From a virus, in the IMG/VR virus record IMGVR_UViG_3300042561_002100, positions 96,001 through 160,000 of that record: 64,000 bases of DNA; one strand, 5' to 3'. The stretch's first letter is position 1. The number at the start of each line of letters is the position of its first letter. The notes beneath the pieces are model-generated. The model saw only the letters and a program-made list of their open reading frames with translations, had not been told where the DNA came from and did not search any database. Of the stretch, positions 1-8,900 are shown piece by piece. A program made the translations under genes and the position numbers.

Positions 1-147
1 CAATGAAAAAGCATCATCTTAAATTCAACGGAACTCCACATAGAGCTGATGTGGATGCCAATAATACTCTCAGATTCTTCTTTCATCTACTCAAAAGACA
101 ATCATTATTAGAAGAAACCGTTAATAATATGAAAACCCTGTCTTGAT

Positions 148-203
148 GGACACCTTTGAAACTGTCCAATAACACATCCAATTCTACCGATCCGTGCTAA
201 TCT
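148..203 (+). promoter_or_regulatory. Palindromic element (GGACA-N10-TGTCC) plus extended -10 (TG-C-TAATCT)
   Basis: Arms at 148-152 and 163-167; -10 hexamer at 198, upstream of the RNA ligase gene. Confidence 0.65.
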
Positions 204-224
204 AATTCTAGTTACCATTAAAAC

Positions 225-1574
225 ATGTCACTAAAAATTTCCGAAAAAGCAAATAAAAATTATCTCGCAAAAATCATCCGGCTTGATAATCTTCGTAAGC
301 ATCCAAATGCCGATCGTCTTCAGATCACAACTGTAGATGGTAACAATGTTATTACCGGACTAAATGCCCGTGAAGGAATGATGTATGTGTACTTTCCTCT
401 GGAGTGTGCCATCAATAAAGATTACTTGAAGTACAGTAATTCTTTTCAAGATAGTAATCTTAATAAAGATACCGAAGTGAAAGGTTATTTTCCTTCTACC
501 GGAAGAGTGAGAGCAACACGTCTTCGTGGTCAAAAGTCGGAAGGTTATGTTGTTCCAGTAAGTGATATTACTGAATGGCTTAAAAATGATCTTAATCTTT
601 CTTTTGAGATCACAGAAGATCATGTGAACACCGAGTTCAATATGATCTTTGATATTGAACTTTGTAAAAAGTATGTTGTTAAGTATGTGAGAGAGCAATC
701 TACACAAAAGAATCAGAAGAAAAAGGCGAAAGTCAGCCGTCTTGTTGATGAACAATTCCACTTCCATATTGATACACCTCAACTAAGAAAGTTTATTAGT
801 GAGGTTCATCCTGAGGATTATATTTCTATTACCAGAAAACTACATGGAACTTCCGCAGTGTTCAGTAAAGTTCTATGTGTGAAGCCACTTAATAGGCTTG
901 AAAAACTTCTGAAGTGGCTGGGTGTGAATATCGTAGATACTCATTATGATCTTGTCTATAGTAGCCGAAAAGTCGTGAAGAATGGTTATCTGGATCCTTC
1001 GGAAGCCAATTATAATCACTTCTACTCTAGTGATATTTGGGGCCAATGTGCTCGCAAGTATGATGCCTTTATGAAGAATGGAATTTCACTTTATGGTGAG
1101 ATTGTCGGTTATACTCCTGAAGGAGCCGAGATTCAGAAAGGTTATGATTACGGCTGTGATCCCAATACTTTTGATTTCTACGTCTATCGTGTAACAATTA
1201 CTTCTGTTTCGGGTGATGTCTATGAGATGTCACCTAGAGAGATGAAGACCTATTGTGATCGTTATGGTATCAAAACGGTTCCTGAGATCTATTATGGAAA
1301 GGCTAAGGATTTTTATGATCTTTCTGTAAATGATCACTGGCATCAGAACTTTCTTGAGAAACTCAGTGATGATTATCTTGAAAAAGACTGTGATCTTTGT
1401 CAAAATTCAGTACCCGATGAGGGAATCTGTCTTCGTGTAGATAAACCTCTTGATATTGAAATCTACAAATTGAAGTCCTTTGCTTTTCTTGAGCGAGAAA
1501 CTAAGATGTTAGATCGCGGTGAAGTTGACATGGAAACAGTAGAATCTGAAGAGGGTGCACCGAATGAAAGTTGA
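225..1574 (+). CDS. RNA ligase (DRB0094/Rnl2-like) with N-terminal OB-fold
   Basis: HPNADRL N-terminal motif, adenylation motif RKLHGTS, LYGEI, EGICLR, KLKS motif V. Confidence 0.85.
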   Translation: MSLKISEKANKNYLAKIIRLDNLRKHPNADRLQITTVDGNNVITGLNAREGMMYVYFPLECAINKDYLKYSNSFQDSNLNKDTEVKGYFPSTGRVRATRLRGQKSEGYVVPVSDITEWLKNDLNLSFEITEDHVNTEFNMIFDIELCKKYVVKYVREQSTQKNQKKKAKVSRLVDEQFHFHIDTPQLRKFISEVHPEDYISITRKLHGTSAVFSKVLCVKPLNRLEKLLKWLGVNIVDTHYDLVYSSRKVVKNGYLDPSEANYNHFYSSDIWGQCARKYDAFMKNGISLYGEIVGYTPEGAEIQKGYDYGCDPNTFDFYVYRVTITSVSGDVYEMSPREMKTYCDRYGIKTVPEIYYGKAKDFYDLSVNDHWHQNFLEKLSDDYLEKDCDLCQNSVPDEGICLRVDKPLDIEIYKLKSFAFLERETKMLDRGEVDMETVESEEGAPNES

Positions 1575-1791
1575 ATTGTGCCCAAAATGTTCATCCCGTG
1601 TTTGGAGAGATTCAGTGGATGTTGGAGTTGGAGTGATTCATGGTCCTTATGGATGTCCTCAATGTGGATGGTCTGAATCAAAAGAATATGATCTTAGCAA
1701 TGGACCTTCACCGGCTCAATTAGAAAATCCACAGCATAAGGTAGATCAATGGGGAACTCTTTATCCTAATGCCAATAAAAAACTTTTCTGA
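1555..1791 (+). CDS. Small Zn-ribbon hypothetical protein
   Basis: CPKC...CPQCGW. Confidence 0.55.
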   Translation: MHRMKVELCPKCSSRVWRDSVDVGVGVIHGPYGCPQCGWSESKEYDLSNGPSPAQLENPQHKVDQWGTLYPNANKKLF

Positions 1792-1802
1792 AATTTAAAC
1801 TA

Positions 1803-2039
1803 ATGAAACTCTATTGCGTAAAAATCACACGTTCAGCATATGTTTTAGCTGAAAATAAAAAAGAAGTCAACATACACATGTCTAATATTGAAAGATATGA
1901 AGAACCTGATACTGAAATTTATGAGACTCACTCTAATGACTTAGGATGGGATAAAGAATGTCTGGTCTATCATTCGAAATCATCAACAGATGATATTGAC
2001 CTGAGCGAAGCACTACAACTTGTGAACGGGGGCAAATGA
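1803..2039 (+). CDS. Hypothetical protein
   Basis: Tightly packed ORF in the operon. Confidence 0.55.
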   Translation: MKLYCVKITRSAYVLAENKKEVNIHMSNIERYEEPDTEIYETHSNDLGWDKECLVYHSKSSTDDIDLSEALQLVNGGK

Positions 2040-2043
2040 AATC

Positions 2044-2271
2044 ATGAGTGATTATCTTTCTATTCTATTAACATTTGTCAATTCTTTTGATCAATTAGTT
2101 AAGATTGCCGTAAGAGTACCCAACTCTAAATTAGATGAAGACTGTCTTCTCTATTATAACGAACCCGAAAACCGCGTCAAATATCTGGAGTTGATTCCAG
2201 AAGAACAAAGAACGGATCTACGTCTTGTTGAGATTCGTTTTTTGTCTGATATCGTTATCGTAAACTCTTAA
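2044..2271 (+). CDS. Hypothetical protein
   Basis: Tightly packed ORF in the operon. Confidence 0.55.
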   Translation: MSDYLSILLTFVNSFDQLVKIAVRVPNSKLDEDCLLYYNEPENRVKYLELIPEEQRTDLRLVEIRFLSDIVIVNS

Positions 2272-2280
2272 TTTTTCATC

Positions 2281-3699
2281 ATGAACAAAACTTCTTTCAC
2301 CGAAACCGAATTTCAAGTTCTTGAAAATTCCATTCTTATTGATACGGATGGATATAAATTTTCTCATCCTTACATGTTGATTCCTGGCACTACAAATGAG
2401 AGTGCATACATCGCACCTCGCGGTGGAGATTGGGAACAGATTGTGCATTTTGGGCCACAGATGTTCTTCAAAAAATATCTAACTCGTAAAATCACAAACG
2501 AGGAAGTGGATGTTGCTACTAAATTTGCATTCATGCAAGGTACCAGTTTCAACACTGAAGGTTATAAGTACATCGTAGATCAACATGGTGGCAAATTGCC
2601 AGTCAGAATCAAATCTCTACCAGAAGGAACCGTCGTTAATCCAAAAACAATCGTTGGTAATATTGAAGTTACGGATCCGAAGTGTGCCTGGCTAGTCAGT
2701 CCTTTGGAATCTCCTCTTCTTCGTGCATTTTGGTATCCTTCTACTGTTGCTACCCGATCGTTTAATGCAAAAAGAATTATTCAGCGTTATCTGATTAAAA
2801 CTGGAGATCCAAATCTTCTGGATTATAAGGTATCTGATTTTGGTCTAAGAGGTGTAAGTAGTAAAGAATCTGCCGGTATTGGTGGTGCCGCACACCTCTC
2901 TTCTTTTAGAATCACCGATAATAATACTGGTGCTCTTTGGGCAATGATGTACTATAATGAAGATGTTACGAATACCACTATTGATGCAACTCAACACTCT
3001 ATTTCTTGCCAATGGAAACAAGATAAAGAAGAAGATTATATTCGTCACATTATACGAGTTTGTGCCAACGAAGGTGGATTATTCGCCATGGTTGCCGACA
3101 CTTATAACGTTTATGATTTTTGTCATAAAGTTGGTGTTCTAAAAGAAGAGATTGAGATGGCGGATGCGACACTCATCATTCGTCCCGATAGTGGATTTCC
3201 ACCTGAAGTTGCACTTGGTTGTCTTAACATTTTGGAATCCTATTTTGGTTCTACTTCCAATGGCAAGGGCTATAAGGTTCTCAATACCGTTCGGATGATT
3301 TATGGTGACAGTATTGACTGTTCCATGATTGATCGTGTTCTTTATAAGCTTACCAGTAATGGATTTTCTGCCGATAACATGACTTTCGGATGGGGCCATA
3401 AGCTGCTTCAAGAAGCCGCCCGCGACGACCACCAGTACGCTCAGAAGACTTCTGCAATGGAGCGAGATGGTCAATGGATCGGCCAACAGAAAAAGCCCAT
3501 TACAGCGGCAGGAAAGGGTTCCCTAGAAGGACGATACTCTGTAGTTCAGAATGAAGACCGAACTTTCTCCAATATCAGAAACGATGACGATCGCATTATT
3601 TCTGGAGATCTACTATTGCCTCATTTTGAGAACGGTGAACTTTTGATTGATTATGATCTTTCTGAAGTTCGTGAAACCATTAACTCCTATTTGTTTTGA
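2281..3699 (+). CDS. nadV: Nicotinamide phosphoribosyltransferase (NAMPT), divergent
   Basis: TDGYKFSH, WYPSTVAT, DFGLRGVSS, AAHL, QHS, IRPDSG motifs. Confidence 0.88.
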   Translation: MNKTSFTETEFQVLENSILIDTDGYKFSHPYMLIPGTTNESAYIAPRGGDWEQIVHFGPQMFFKKYLTRKITNEEVDVATKFAFMQGTSFNTEGYKYIVDQHGGKLPVRIKSLPEGTVVNPKTIVGNIEVTDPKCAWLVSPLESPLLRAFWYPSTVATRSFNAKRIIQRYLIKTGDPNLLDYKVSDFGLRGVSSKESAGIGGAAHLSSFRITDNNTGALWAMMYYNEDVTNTTIDATQHSISCQWKQDKEEDYIRHIIRVCANEGGLFAMVADTYNVYDFCHKVGVLKEEIEMADATLIIRPDSGFPPEVALGCLNILESYFGSTSNGKGYKVLNTVRMIYGDSIDCSMIDRVLYKLTSNGFSADNMTFGWGHKLLQEAARDDHQYAQKTSAMERDGQWIGQQKKPITAAGKGSLEGRYSVVQNEDRTFSNIRNDDDRIISGDLLLPHFENGELLIDYDLSEVRETINSYLF

Positions 3700-3920
3700 A
3701 TATTATTTTTATGGAAGAAGAACAACCGGTTAAAAATTGTAGAACGTGTGCTCATGTAGTCCGTGCTTCTAATCCAAGACATGATTGTTGTTTATTGTGT
3801 GGCCATTATTGTATAACTCAGCGGAAGTATCCCAGTTCGCCATGTGACGAAAACCTGAGTGGCTGGACTCCTCGCCCACCGTCGTTGCTTCAGCGTATTC
3901 TGGGGAGGTTGTTTCCTTGA
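3696..3920 (+). CDS. Cys-rich hypothetical protein
   Basis: CRTCAH...CLLCG...PC; overlaps its neighbours by 4 nt. Confidence 0.5.
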   Translation: MNIIFMEEEQPVKNCRTCAHVVRASNPRHDCCLLCGHYCITQRKYPSSPCDENLSGWTPRPPSLLQRILGRLFP

Positions 3921-4153
3921 ACCTTCCATTCAATCCTCCAATGGGCAAAGTCAATCGCCGATTTGACGTTATGATGTCAACTGAGTTAGCACAAGATATG
4001 CAAAATCTTGTAGAAAAAACAGGTTTACTTCGGACTGAAATTTTTCGGGATGCTATGGCACTCTATAAAAAAGCGAAAGAAATCCAAATGACCGGAGGTA
4101 ATGTCATCATGCGCCAGGAAGACGGTACACTAAAAGAAATTATTGGATTCTGA
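3917..4153 (+). CDS. Ribbon-helix-helix (CopG-like) DNA-binding protein
   Basis: RFDVMMS strand followed by LAQDMQNLVEKTG and RTEIFRDAMALY helices. Confidence 0.6.
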   Translation: MNLPFNPPMGKVNRRFDVMMSTELAQDMQNLVEKTGLLRTEIFRDAMALYKKAKEIQMTGGNVIMRQEDGTLKEIIGF

Positions 4154-4419
4154 TATCCATTTCTAACATCACCAATCCACTGAACTGTAATGAACCACTT
4201 TATCTGCATCACAAGTAGCGGCGGCTACATCGGTCGTTTCGCTTGGTGTAACACCGGGTCGCCCATGTCGTATGCCACTGACGGATGGGGATGTGTCGCA
4301 TTCTTCCCTGTTACCATTCTTGGCACATGGGCTGGATCAATTTCGCTGGTTCGCAGGATGGTCACATGGCATTGAACCCACTAGCTTATTAACATTCACA
4401 TTTATTCGGAGATTTTATT

Positions 4420-4572
4420 ATGAAAACATTAGGCATTGCACTCGCTATCAATCTCTCATCTGTTGCTGCCGTAGTTTGCGCTTTGTTAGCTGCAATTCAT
4501 GGTGTAACGGGTTGGGGGTGGTTTTTATTCATTGCAGTGTTGGTTTCTAAGGATTATCGGAGTGAGGACTAA
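4420..4572 (+). CDS. Small membrane protein (50 aa, not in the ORF track)
   Basis: MKTLGIALAINLSSVAAVVCALLAAIHGVTGWGWFLFIAVLVSKDYRSED. Confidence 0.5.
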   Translation: MKTLGIALAINLSSVAAVVCALLAAIHGVTGWGWFLFIAVLVSKDYRSED

Positions 4573-4623
4573 AACTATTGCTTGTCATAACATCCATCAT
4601 TTACCCAATCCATTAAAATTCTC

Positions 4624-4872
4624 ATGAAAAACAAACTCCCGAATATTGAAAATCTTTCACGCTTTGAATTAGTGCAATTAGATAGCGAAATCAAAAAAAA
4701 CTTCTATCAGAAAAGAAGAAAGTTATTGAGTTTAGAGTTAGGATTGTGTCTAACACTGGTCGCTTCACTGATCACGATCTTAGTTTCGATAAAACTGCAG
4801 AATCACTTGTTGATACAATCACAGATTATTATGACCTTTACCCAGATGTATCTGTGGAGATTTTTGATATAA
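4624..4872 (+). CDS. Hypothetical membrane protein
   Basis: ORF with a hydrophobic C-terminal half. Confidence 0.5.
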   Translation: MKNKLPNIENLSRFELVQLDSEIKKNFYQKRRKLLSLELGLCLTLVASLITILVSIKLQNHLLIQSQIIMTFTQMYLWRFLI

Positions 4873-4879
4873 AAGAAGT

Positions 4880-4937
4880 GGACGCACCATAAACTGTCAC
4901 ATCACCCAACCATCTTCAAGCCAGGAAACACTAAGAT
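4880..4937 (+). promoter_or_regulatory. Palindromic element (GGACG-N10-TGTCA) plus -10 TAAGAT
   Basis: Right arm at 4895, -10 at 4932. Confidence 0.55.
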
Positions 4938-4959
4938 GATAGAGTCCCAACGAGTTCTA

Positions 4960-5184
4960 ATGAAACACTTAACATATCTAGGAAGAGGAGTCATTTCTAG
5001 TCTTAACTTCCACAAAGCACCATACGGTGCCCTTACACTATTCATATGGAATATTTTCTGGTTGATTATTATTGATAGTATAAGCGATTATGAAGTATAT
5101 GGAACAAAATTTGTAATAAGTTTAATGCTATTGATTTATCTCTTTCTATGTTATCTTAACGGTAAAGCTGAGCTAAAAGAGTGA
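4960..5184 (+). CDS. Hypothetical membrane protein
   Basis: Two hydrophobic segments; start moved to ATG 4960 because ATG 4936 overlaps the -10 box. Confidence 0.5.
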   Translation: MKHLTYLGRGVISSLNFHKAPYGALTLFIWNIFWLIIIDSISDYEVYGTKFVISLMLLIYLFLCYLNGKAELKE

Positions 5185-5191
5185 TCTTCAT

Positions 5192-5275
5192 CGGAGCATG
5201 GCGGAATTGGTAGACGCAACGCACTTAAAATGCGTAGGTCGTAAGACTGTGGGAGTTCAAGTCTCCCTGCTCCGA
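5192..5275 (+). tRNA. trnL: tRNA-Leu(UAA), intronless, CCA not encoded
   Basis: Acceptor CGGAGCA/TGCTCCG, D-loop GGAATTGGTAGAC, anticodon loop CTTAAAA, long variable arm, GTTCAAGTC T-loop. Confidence 0.95.
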
Positions 5276-5302
5276 TCTTCCTTCTAAATAATCCATCAAA
5301 TA

Positions 5303-5560
5303 ATGATGGATATTATGGAAGAACTAAGAATACTCTGCAAATGCTGTAACACCGAAATCGTAAAAACTGGTACTTGTGGATGTCCCAATATGGCATCAAT
5401 TCGTAACGATAGAATTTCTGCAGTTGACATGACTCAGATTGTTTTATTAACACCAATCAAATCTAAGACTTACAACAGCATCTTCTCTCCAACAGATCTG
5501 GCCGATCAAGAATCCAGAAGAAAGAGAAAAGTTCGTAAGCTAGAATTTGAAGTTCGCTAA
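5303..5560 (+). CDS. Conserved cyanophage hypothetical protein (Cys-containing)
   Basis: CKCC...CGCPN motif; preceded by CTAAATA at 5284-5290. Confidence 0.65.
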   Translation: MMDIMEELRILCKCCNTEIVKTGTCGCPNMASIRNDRISAVDMTQIVLLTPIKSKTYNSIFSPTDLADQESRRKRKVRKLEFEVR

Positions 5561-5577
5561 TCTCTTCACTCAAACTT

Positions 5578-5730
5578 ATGGACGACCGAATTAAACAAAA
5601 CTGGCAAAAAATTAAAGAGGCATTAGAAGCCTCAGGTAAAACAGATTGCCTCTTTTATCGCAGAGCGGTTTCTATTGTTAACACTGGTCATGATCCGTTT
5701 GAATCCGTTTTAAATAAAAATGAACCCTGA
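5578..5730 (+). CDS. Small cyanophage-type hypothetical protein (50 aa)
   Basis: MDDRIKQNWQKIKEALEASGKTDCLFYRRAV; resembles a small protein I recall from cyanomyoviruses. Confidence 0.6.
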   Translation: MDDRIKQNWQKIKEALEASGKTDCLFYRRAVSIVNTGHDPFESVLNKNEP

Positions 5731-5851
5731 AGAAATTGAAAAACCGATTGATAACAAGATTCGCCAACATGAGATCAGAGTTGGATGGATTAGTGGTGTT
5801 ATTGGCGCATTATTTACTTTTGGGGGTAATTCATGCTATCTGGTTGATTAA
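5720..5851 (+). CDS. Small cyanophage-type hypothetical protein (43 aa)
   Basis: IDNKIRQHEIRVGWISGVIG motif. Confidence 0.55.
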   Translation: MNPEEIEKPIDNKIRQHEIRVGWISGVIGALFTFGGNSCYLVD

Positions 5852-5854
5852 ACA

Positions 5855-6274
5855 ATGGATTCTTTGAATAATTCAGATATTATGGATATTTTTGATGATC
5901 CAAACACATCTCAAGAAACACTAAGAAAATTAGCGACTGATGAGAATTGGGAGGTTCGTTTGCGATTAGCAGGACATCCAAACACACCACCAGAAACTTT
6001 AGAACATCTAGCCGTAGATAAGTGTTACACTGTTCGTATGAATGTGGCACATAATCTAAGGACATCAACAAAAACACTAAAATTATTGGCGGAGGATAAA
6101 GATTTTCGTGTTCGTTGGGCAGTAGCACTAAACCGAAACACACCAATAAAAACACTAGAATTATTGGCGATGGATGAGGAGGCTGGTGTTCGTTATCGGG
6201 TAACAAATAACAAAATCTGCCCACATTATATCAAGAAGTTTCTTAAAATTCAAAAGCATCTGGCTAGATTATGA
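5855..6274 (+). CDS. HEAT/LRV-like 26-aa repeat protein, paralog 1 (4 repeats)
   Basis: xPNTPxxxLxxLAxDxxxxVRxxVAx repeats; cap PHYIKKFLKIQKHL. Confidence 0.9.
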   Translation: MDSLNNSDIMDIFDDPNTSQETLRKLATDENWEVRLRLAGHPNTPPETLEHLAVDKCYTVRMNVAHNLRTSTKTLKLLAEDKDFRVRWAVALNRNTPIKTLELLAMDEEAGVRYRVTNNKICPHYIKKFLKIQKHLARL

Positions 6275-6828
6275 GAAAAGTTAAACAAGCTAAAGATCCA
6301 TACACTTCAACCGAAATTCTAGAACAACTAGCGACCGATGAGGATTCTAGTGTTCGTTGGAATGTAGTACGTAATCCAAACACACCACCAGAAGCTCTAG
6401 AACAATTAGCGACTGACAAGAATCCTGGGGTTCGTTGGGAGGTAGCGAGAAATCCAAACACACCACCAGAAGCTCTAGAACAATTAGCGACTGACAAGAA
6501 TCCTGGGGTTCGTTGGGCAGTAGCACTACATCCAAACACCCCACCAACAACATTAGAACTTCTAGCGACCGATGATGATGATTATGTTCGTCAGGGAGTA
6601 GCACTACATCCAAACACCCCACCAAAAGCACTAGAAATTCTAGCGACCGATATGGATTATCGTGTTCGTTGGCGGGTAGCAAGATTACCAAATATACAAC
6701 CAAAATTATTAGAAATCTTAGCTACCGATGAGAATCCATATGTTCGTATATGGCTAGCACAAAATCCAAACACACCACGCTACATCAAAAAGTATCTTAA
6801 AATTCAAGAACAACTTCAAAAATTATGA
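6271..6828 (+). CDS. HEAT/LRV-like repeat protein, paralog 2 (6 repeats)
   Basis: Same repeat and cap; ATGA overlap with paralog 1. Confidence 0.9.
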   Translation: MRKVKQAKDPYTSTEILEQLATDEDSSVRWNVVRNPNTPPEALEQLATDKNPGVRWEVARNPNTPPEALEQLATDKNPGVRWAVALHPNTPPTTLELLATDDDDYVRQGVALHPNTPPKALEILATDMDYRVRWRVARLPNIQPKLLEILATDENPYVRIWLAQNPNTPRYIKKYLKIQEQLQKL

Positions 6829-6964
6829 CGACTTCCTTTGATGATAACGATCCACCACAGCTTAACTTTGATAAATTATACGAACGAATAAAACAACAAA
6901 GAATGGAAGAACTCTTTTCTGAGCCCTATGATGGTGATATGGAAGAAGAGGATTGAATTTATTC

Positions 6965-7037
6965 GCTCGTCTAGCCATCCGGTGAAGGCAACGAACTCAT
7001 AATTCGTAGGAGGTGGGTTCGATCCCCACGACGAGCA
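6965..7037 (+). tRNA. tRNA with CAU anticodon (elongator Met or lysidine-Ile2)
   Basis: Acceptor GCTCGTC/GACGAGC, anticodon stem ACGAA/TTCGT with loop CTCATAA, GTTCGATC T-loop; lacks the initiator GGG:CCC pairs. Confidence 0.9.
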
Positions 7038-7042
7038 TTGTG

Positions 7043-7099
7043 TGACAGTCAATAAACTGTACACAAATATCAACACTCTCAAGTGTTGTATGCTACTAT
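7043..7099 (+). promoter_or_regulatory. Palindromic element (TGACA-N10-TGTAC) plus extended -10 TG-C-TACTAT
   Basis: Right arm at 7058, -10 at 7094. Confidence 0.7.
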
Positions 7100-7156
7100 A
7101 AAAACGGTCAAAAGACCAATTGTTCCTTTATCTATTTTTTCTCATAATCGTTTAAA

Positions 7157-7384
7157 ATGACAAGAAAACCGTTTGATGGCAAGTTCAGTAAGGATATTCA
7201 TATTCTTACTCGTGCAACTAAAGGAGAAGTCTATCTCGGCGACTATCCCAAAATCATCAAAAAACTTAAACGTTATTTTACTGAGCAATATTCTGATATC
7301 CAATTCTATAATGAACCCGAATCCGATAATTTTTATTTATTGGATCTGATTCGGAATGAACTAGAAATTGATGTAGTGGTGTGA
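7157..7384 (+). CDS. Conserved cyanophage hypothetical protein
   Basis: First ORF after the promoter; recognisable small cyanophage ORF. Confidence 0.6.
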   Translation: MTRKPFDGKFSKDIHILTRATKGEVYLGDYPKIIKKLKRYFTEQYSDIQFYNEPESDNFYLLDLIRNELEIDVVV

Positions 7385-7387
7385 ATT

Positions 7388-7819
7388 ATGGATACCAATC
7401 TTTTTTGGAATCTGAGAGGTAATTATTCAGAACGTAAAGAAAAACTTTCTAAGATGTCTCGTGAGTATTTGGAAGCCTCTGTCTTAGATTCATGTTATAA
7501 TAACTTCATCACCAATATAGAGGAAAATAATACTACTGGCGTAAAGAGAATTCCTTATATTGGATGGTATTGGCGCCATGTAACATTTAGCGATTTTACC
7601 AATATCCGTATTGGAGATTGTGGTCAATTTGTTGGATTTATGGAGAGCAATAAGTGGGATCATCCAGAAAGATATCTTACCGAAGATGAGGGGTGTAGTA
7701 TTATTGCATTTATTGATAATGCAATGAGAATTCAAGAGGGAGCTAGTTCCGAGACAACTCTTGATATCGTTCTTCAAAATCTATGGGATTATATGCAAAC
7801 TTTGAAAATTGAAAGATGA
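7388..7819 (+). CDS. Hypothetical protein
   Basis: 143-aa ORF in the operon. Confidence 0.6.
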   Translation: MDTNLFWNLRGNYSERKEKLSKMSREYLEASVLDSCYNNFITNIEENNTTGVKRIPYIGWYWRHVTFSDFTNIRIGDCGQFVGFMESNKWDHPERYLTEDEGCSIIAFIDNAMRIQEGASSETTLDIVLQNLWDYMQTLKIER

Positions 7820-7998
7820 CTAATCTATTTGTAGGTGAATCCGATTTCCGAGAATGGTTGGAAGCTAATAATTTTTGGATTTATTCCTCATATAAAGATG
7901 ATCCATGGAATGAATGTAATTGGTATGCGTGTCGGCGGGTTGCCCCGGAAAGCCGAAGATGTGATTGTAATGATGAAAACCCGGATTACAATTGGTAA
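7816..7998 (+). CDS. Hypothetical protein
   Basis: ATGA-coupled ORF. Confidence 0.45.
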   Translation: MTNLFVGESDFREWLEANNFWIYSSYKDDPWNECNWYACRRVAPESRRCDCNDENPDYNW

Positions 7999-8320
7999 TC
8001 AGGCCATATCATTCCACCTATTTTACTAATTCTAGAACTGCTACATTTGAAATTATCGGGAAAACAAAAGGAATTTGGTATAATCTAACAGCTTATTCTA
8101 TCAATATTGATGATGTTCCTGAAAAAATAGACGAAGTTTCAGAATCACTTGCTCGCGCCTGGGAGGCTCTTGTTCTATGATACCAGAATTAATGATTCTT
8201 GGATTCCTATTGATTATTGCTTCTTTTTCTGGTAACGGAAGTAGTTCAATATCTTTTGAAAATAAAAATAAGCCAAAAGGGCCACCACTAAAATTTAAAA
8301 AAATCACAAAGGAAAAATAA

Positions 8321-8608
8321 ATGAGTAACACATTACATGTCTATGCACAGTCAGCACCACATGACAGTGTTTTTATCTGTGGAACTAAAGAATCACTAGA
8401 AAAACTAAGAGAAACATTAGATAATATTCTTACTGAAGATCTTAAGTTTGGTGCTTATGATGAGTTTACTAATGATGGCGAGGGATATAACGTACATATT
8501 GATTTGTTATCTGAAGAGAAAATGGAGCAGATGGCCGTTCCCTATAGTGATGAGATTTTCTGGAATAATGAATCCAATAAAACAAAAGTGTATCCTTGGT
8601 ATCTTTGA
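8321..8608 (+). CDS. Hypothetical protein
   Basis: 95-aa ORF preceded by a GGA-type RBS. Confidence 0.55.
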   Translation: MSNTLHVYAQSAPHDSVFICGTKESLEKLRETLDNILTEDLKFGAYDEFTNDGEGYNVHIDLLSEEKMEQMAVPYSDEIFWNNESNKTKVYPWYL

Positions 8609-8642
8609 ATAATAATCACCAACAAATAATGAATTTTGTATT

Positions 8643-8900
8643 ATGGATTACGGATTAACGCCATATTGTTTATCAAGAAATCCAAACACACCACCAAAAG
8701 CCCTAGAACAACTAGCGACCGATGAGTGGGGTCCTATTCGTTGTTGGGTAGCACTAAACCCAAACACTCCACCAACAACATTAAAACAACTAGCAACCGA
8801 TGAGGAATGGTATGTTCGTTGGGGTGTAGCACGAAATCCAAATACTCCACGCTATCTCAAGAAGTATCTTAAAATTCAAGAACATTTGGTGAGATTATGA
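8643..8900 (+). CDS. HEAT/LRV-like repeat protein, paralog 3 (2 repeats)
   Basis: Repeat plus cap PRYLKKYLKIQEHL. Confidence 0.85.
   Translation: MDYGLTPYCLSRNPNTPPKALEQLATDEWGPIRCWVALNPNTPPTTLKQLATDEEWYVRWGVARNPNTPRYLKKYLKIQEHLVRL

Noticed and set aside
4190-4550. Overlapping ORFs 4190-4375 and 4272-4550 as genes
   Set aside because: The frames conflict and have no motifs; only the 4420-4572 membrane ORF has a convincing start context.
6965-7037. Calling the CAU tRNA initiator fMet
   Set aside because: It lacks the three G:C anticodon-stem pairs and the 1:72 mismatch; elongator Met versus Ile2 cannot be resolved by eye.
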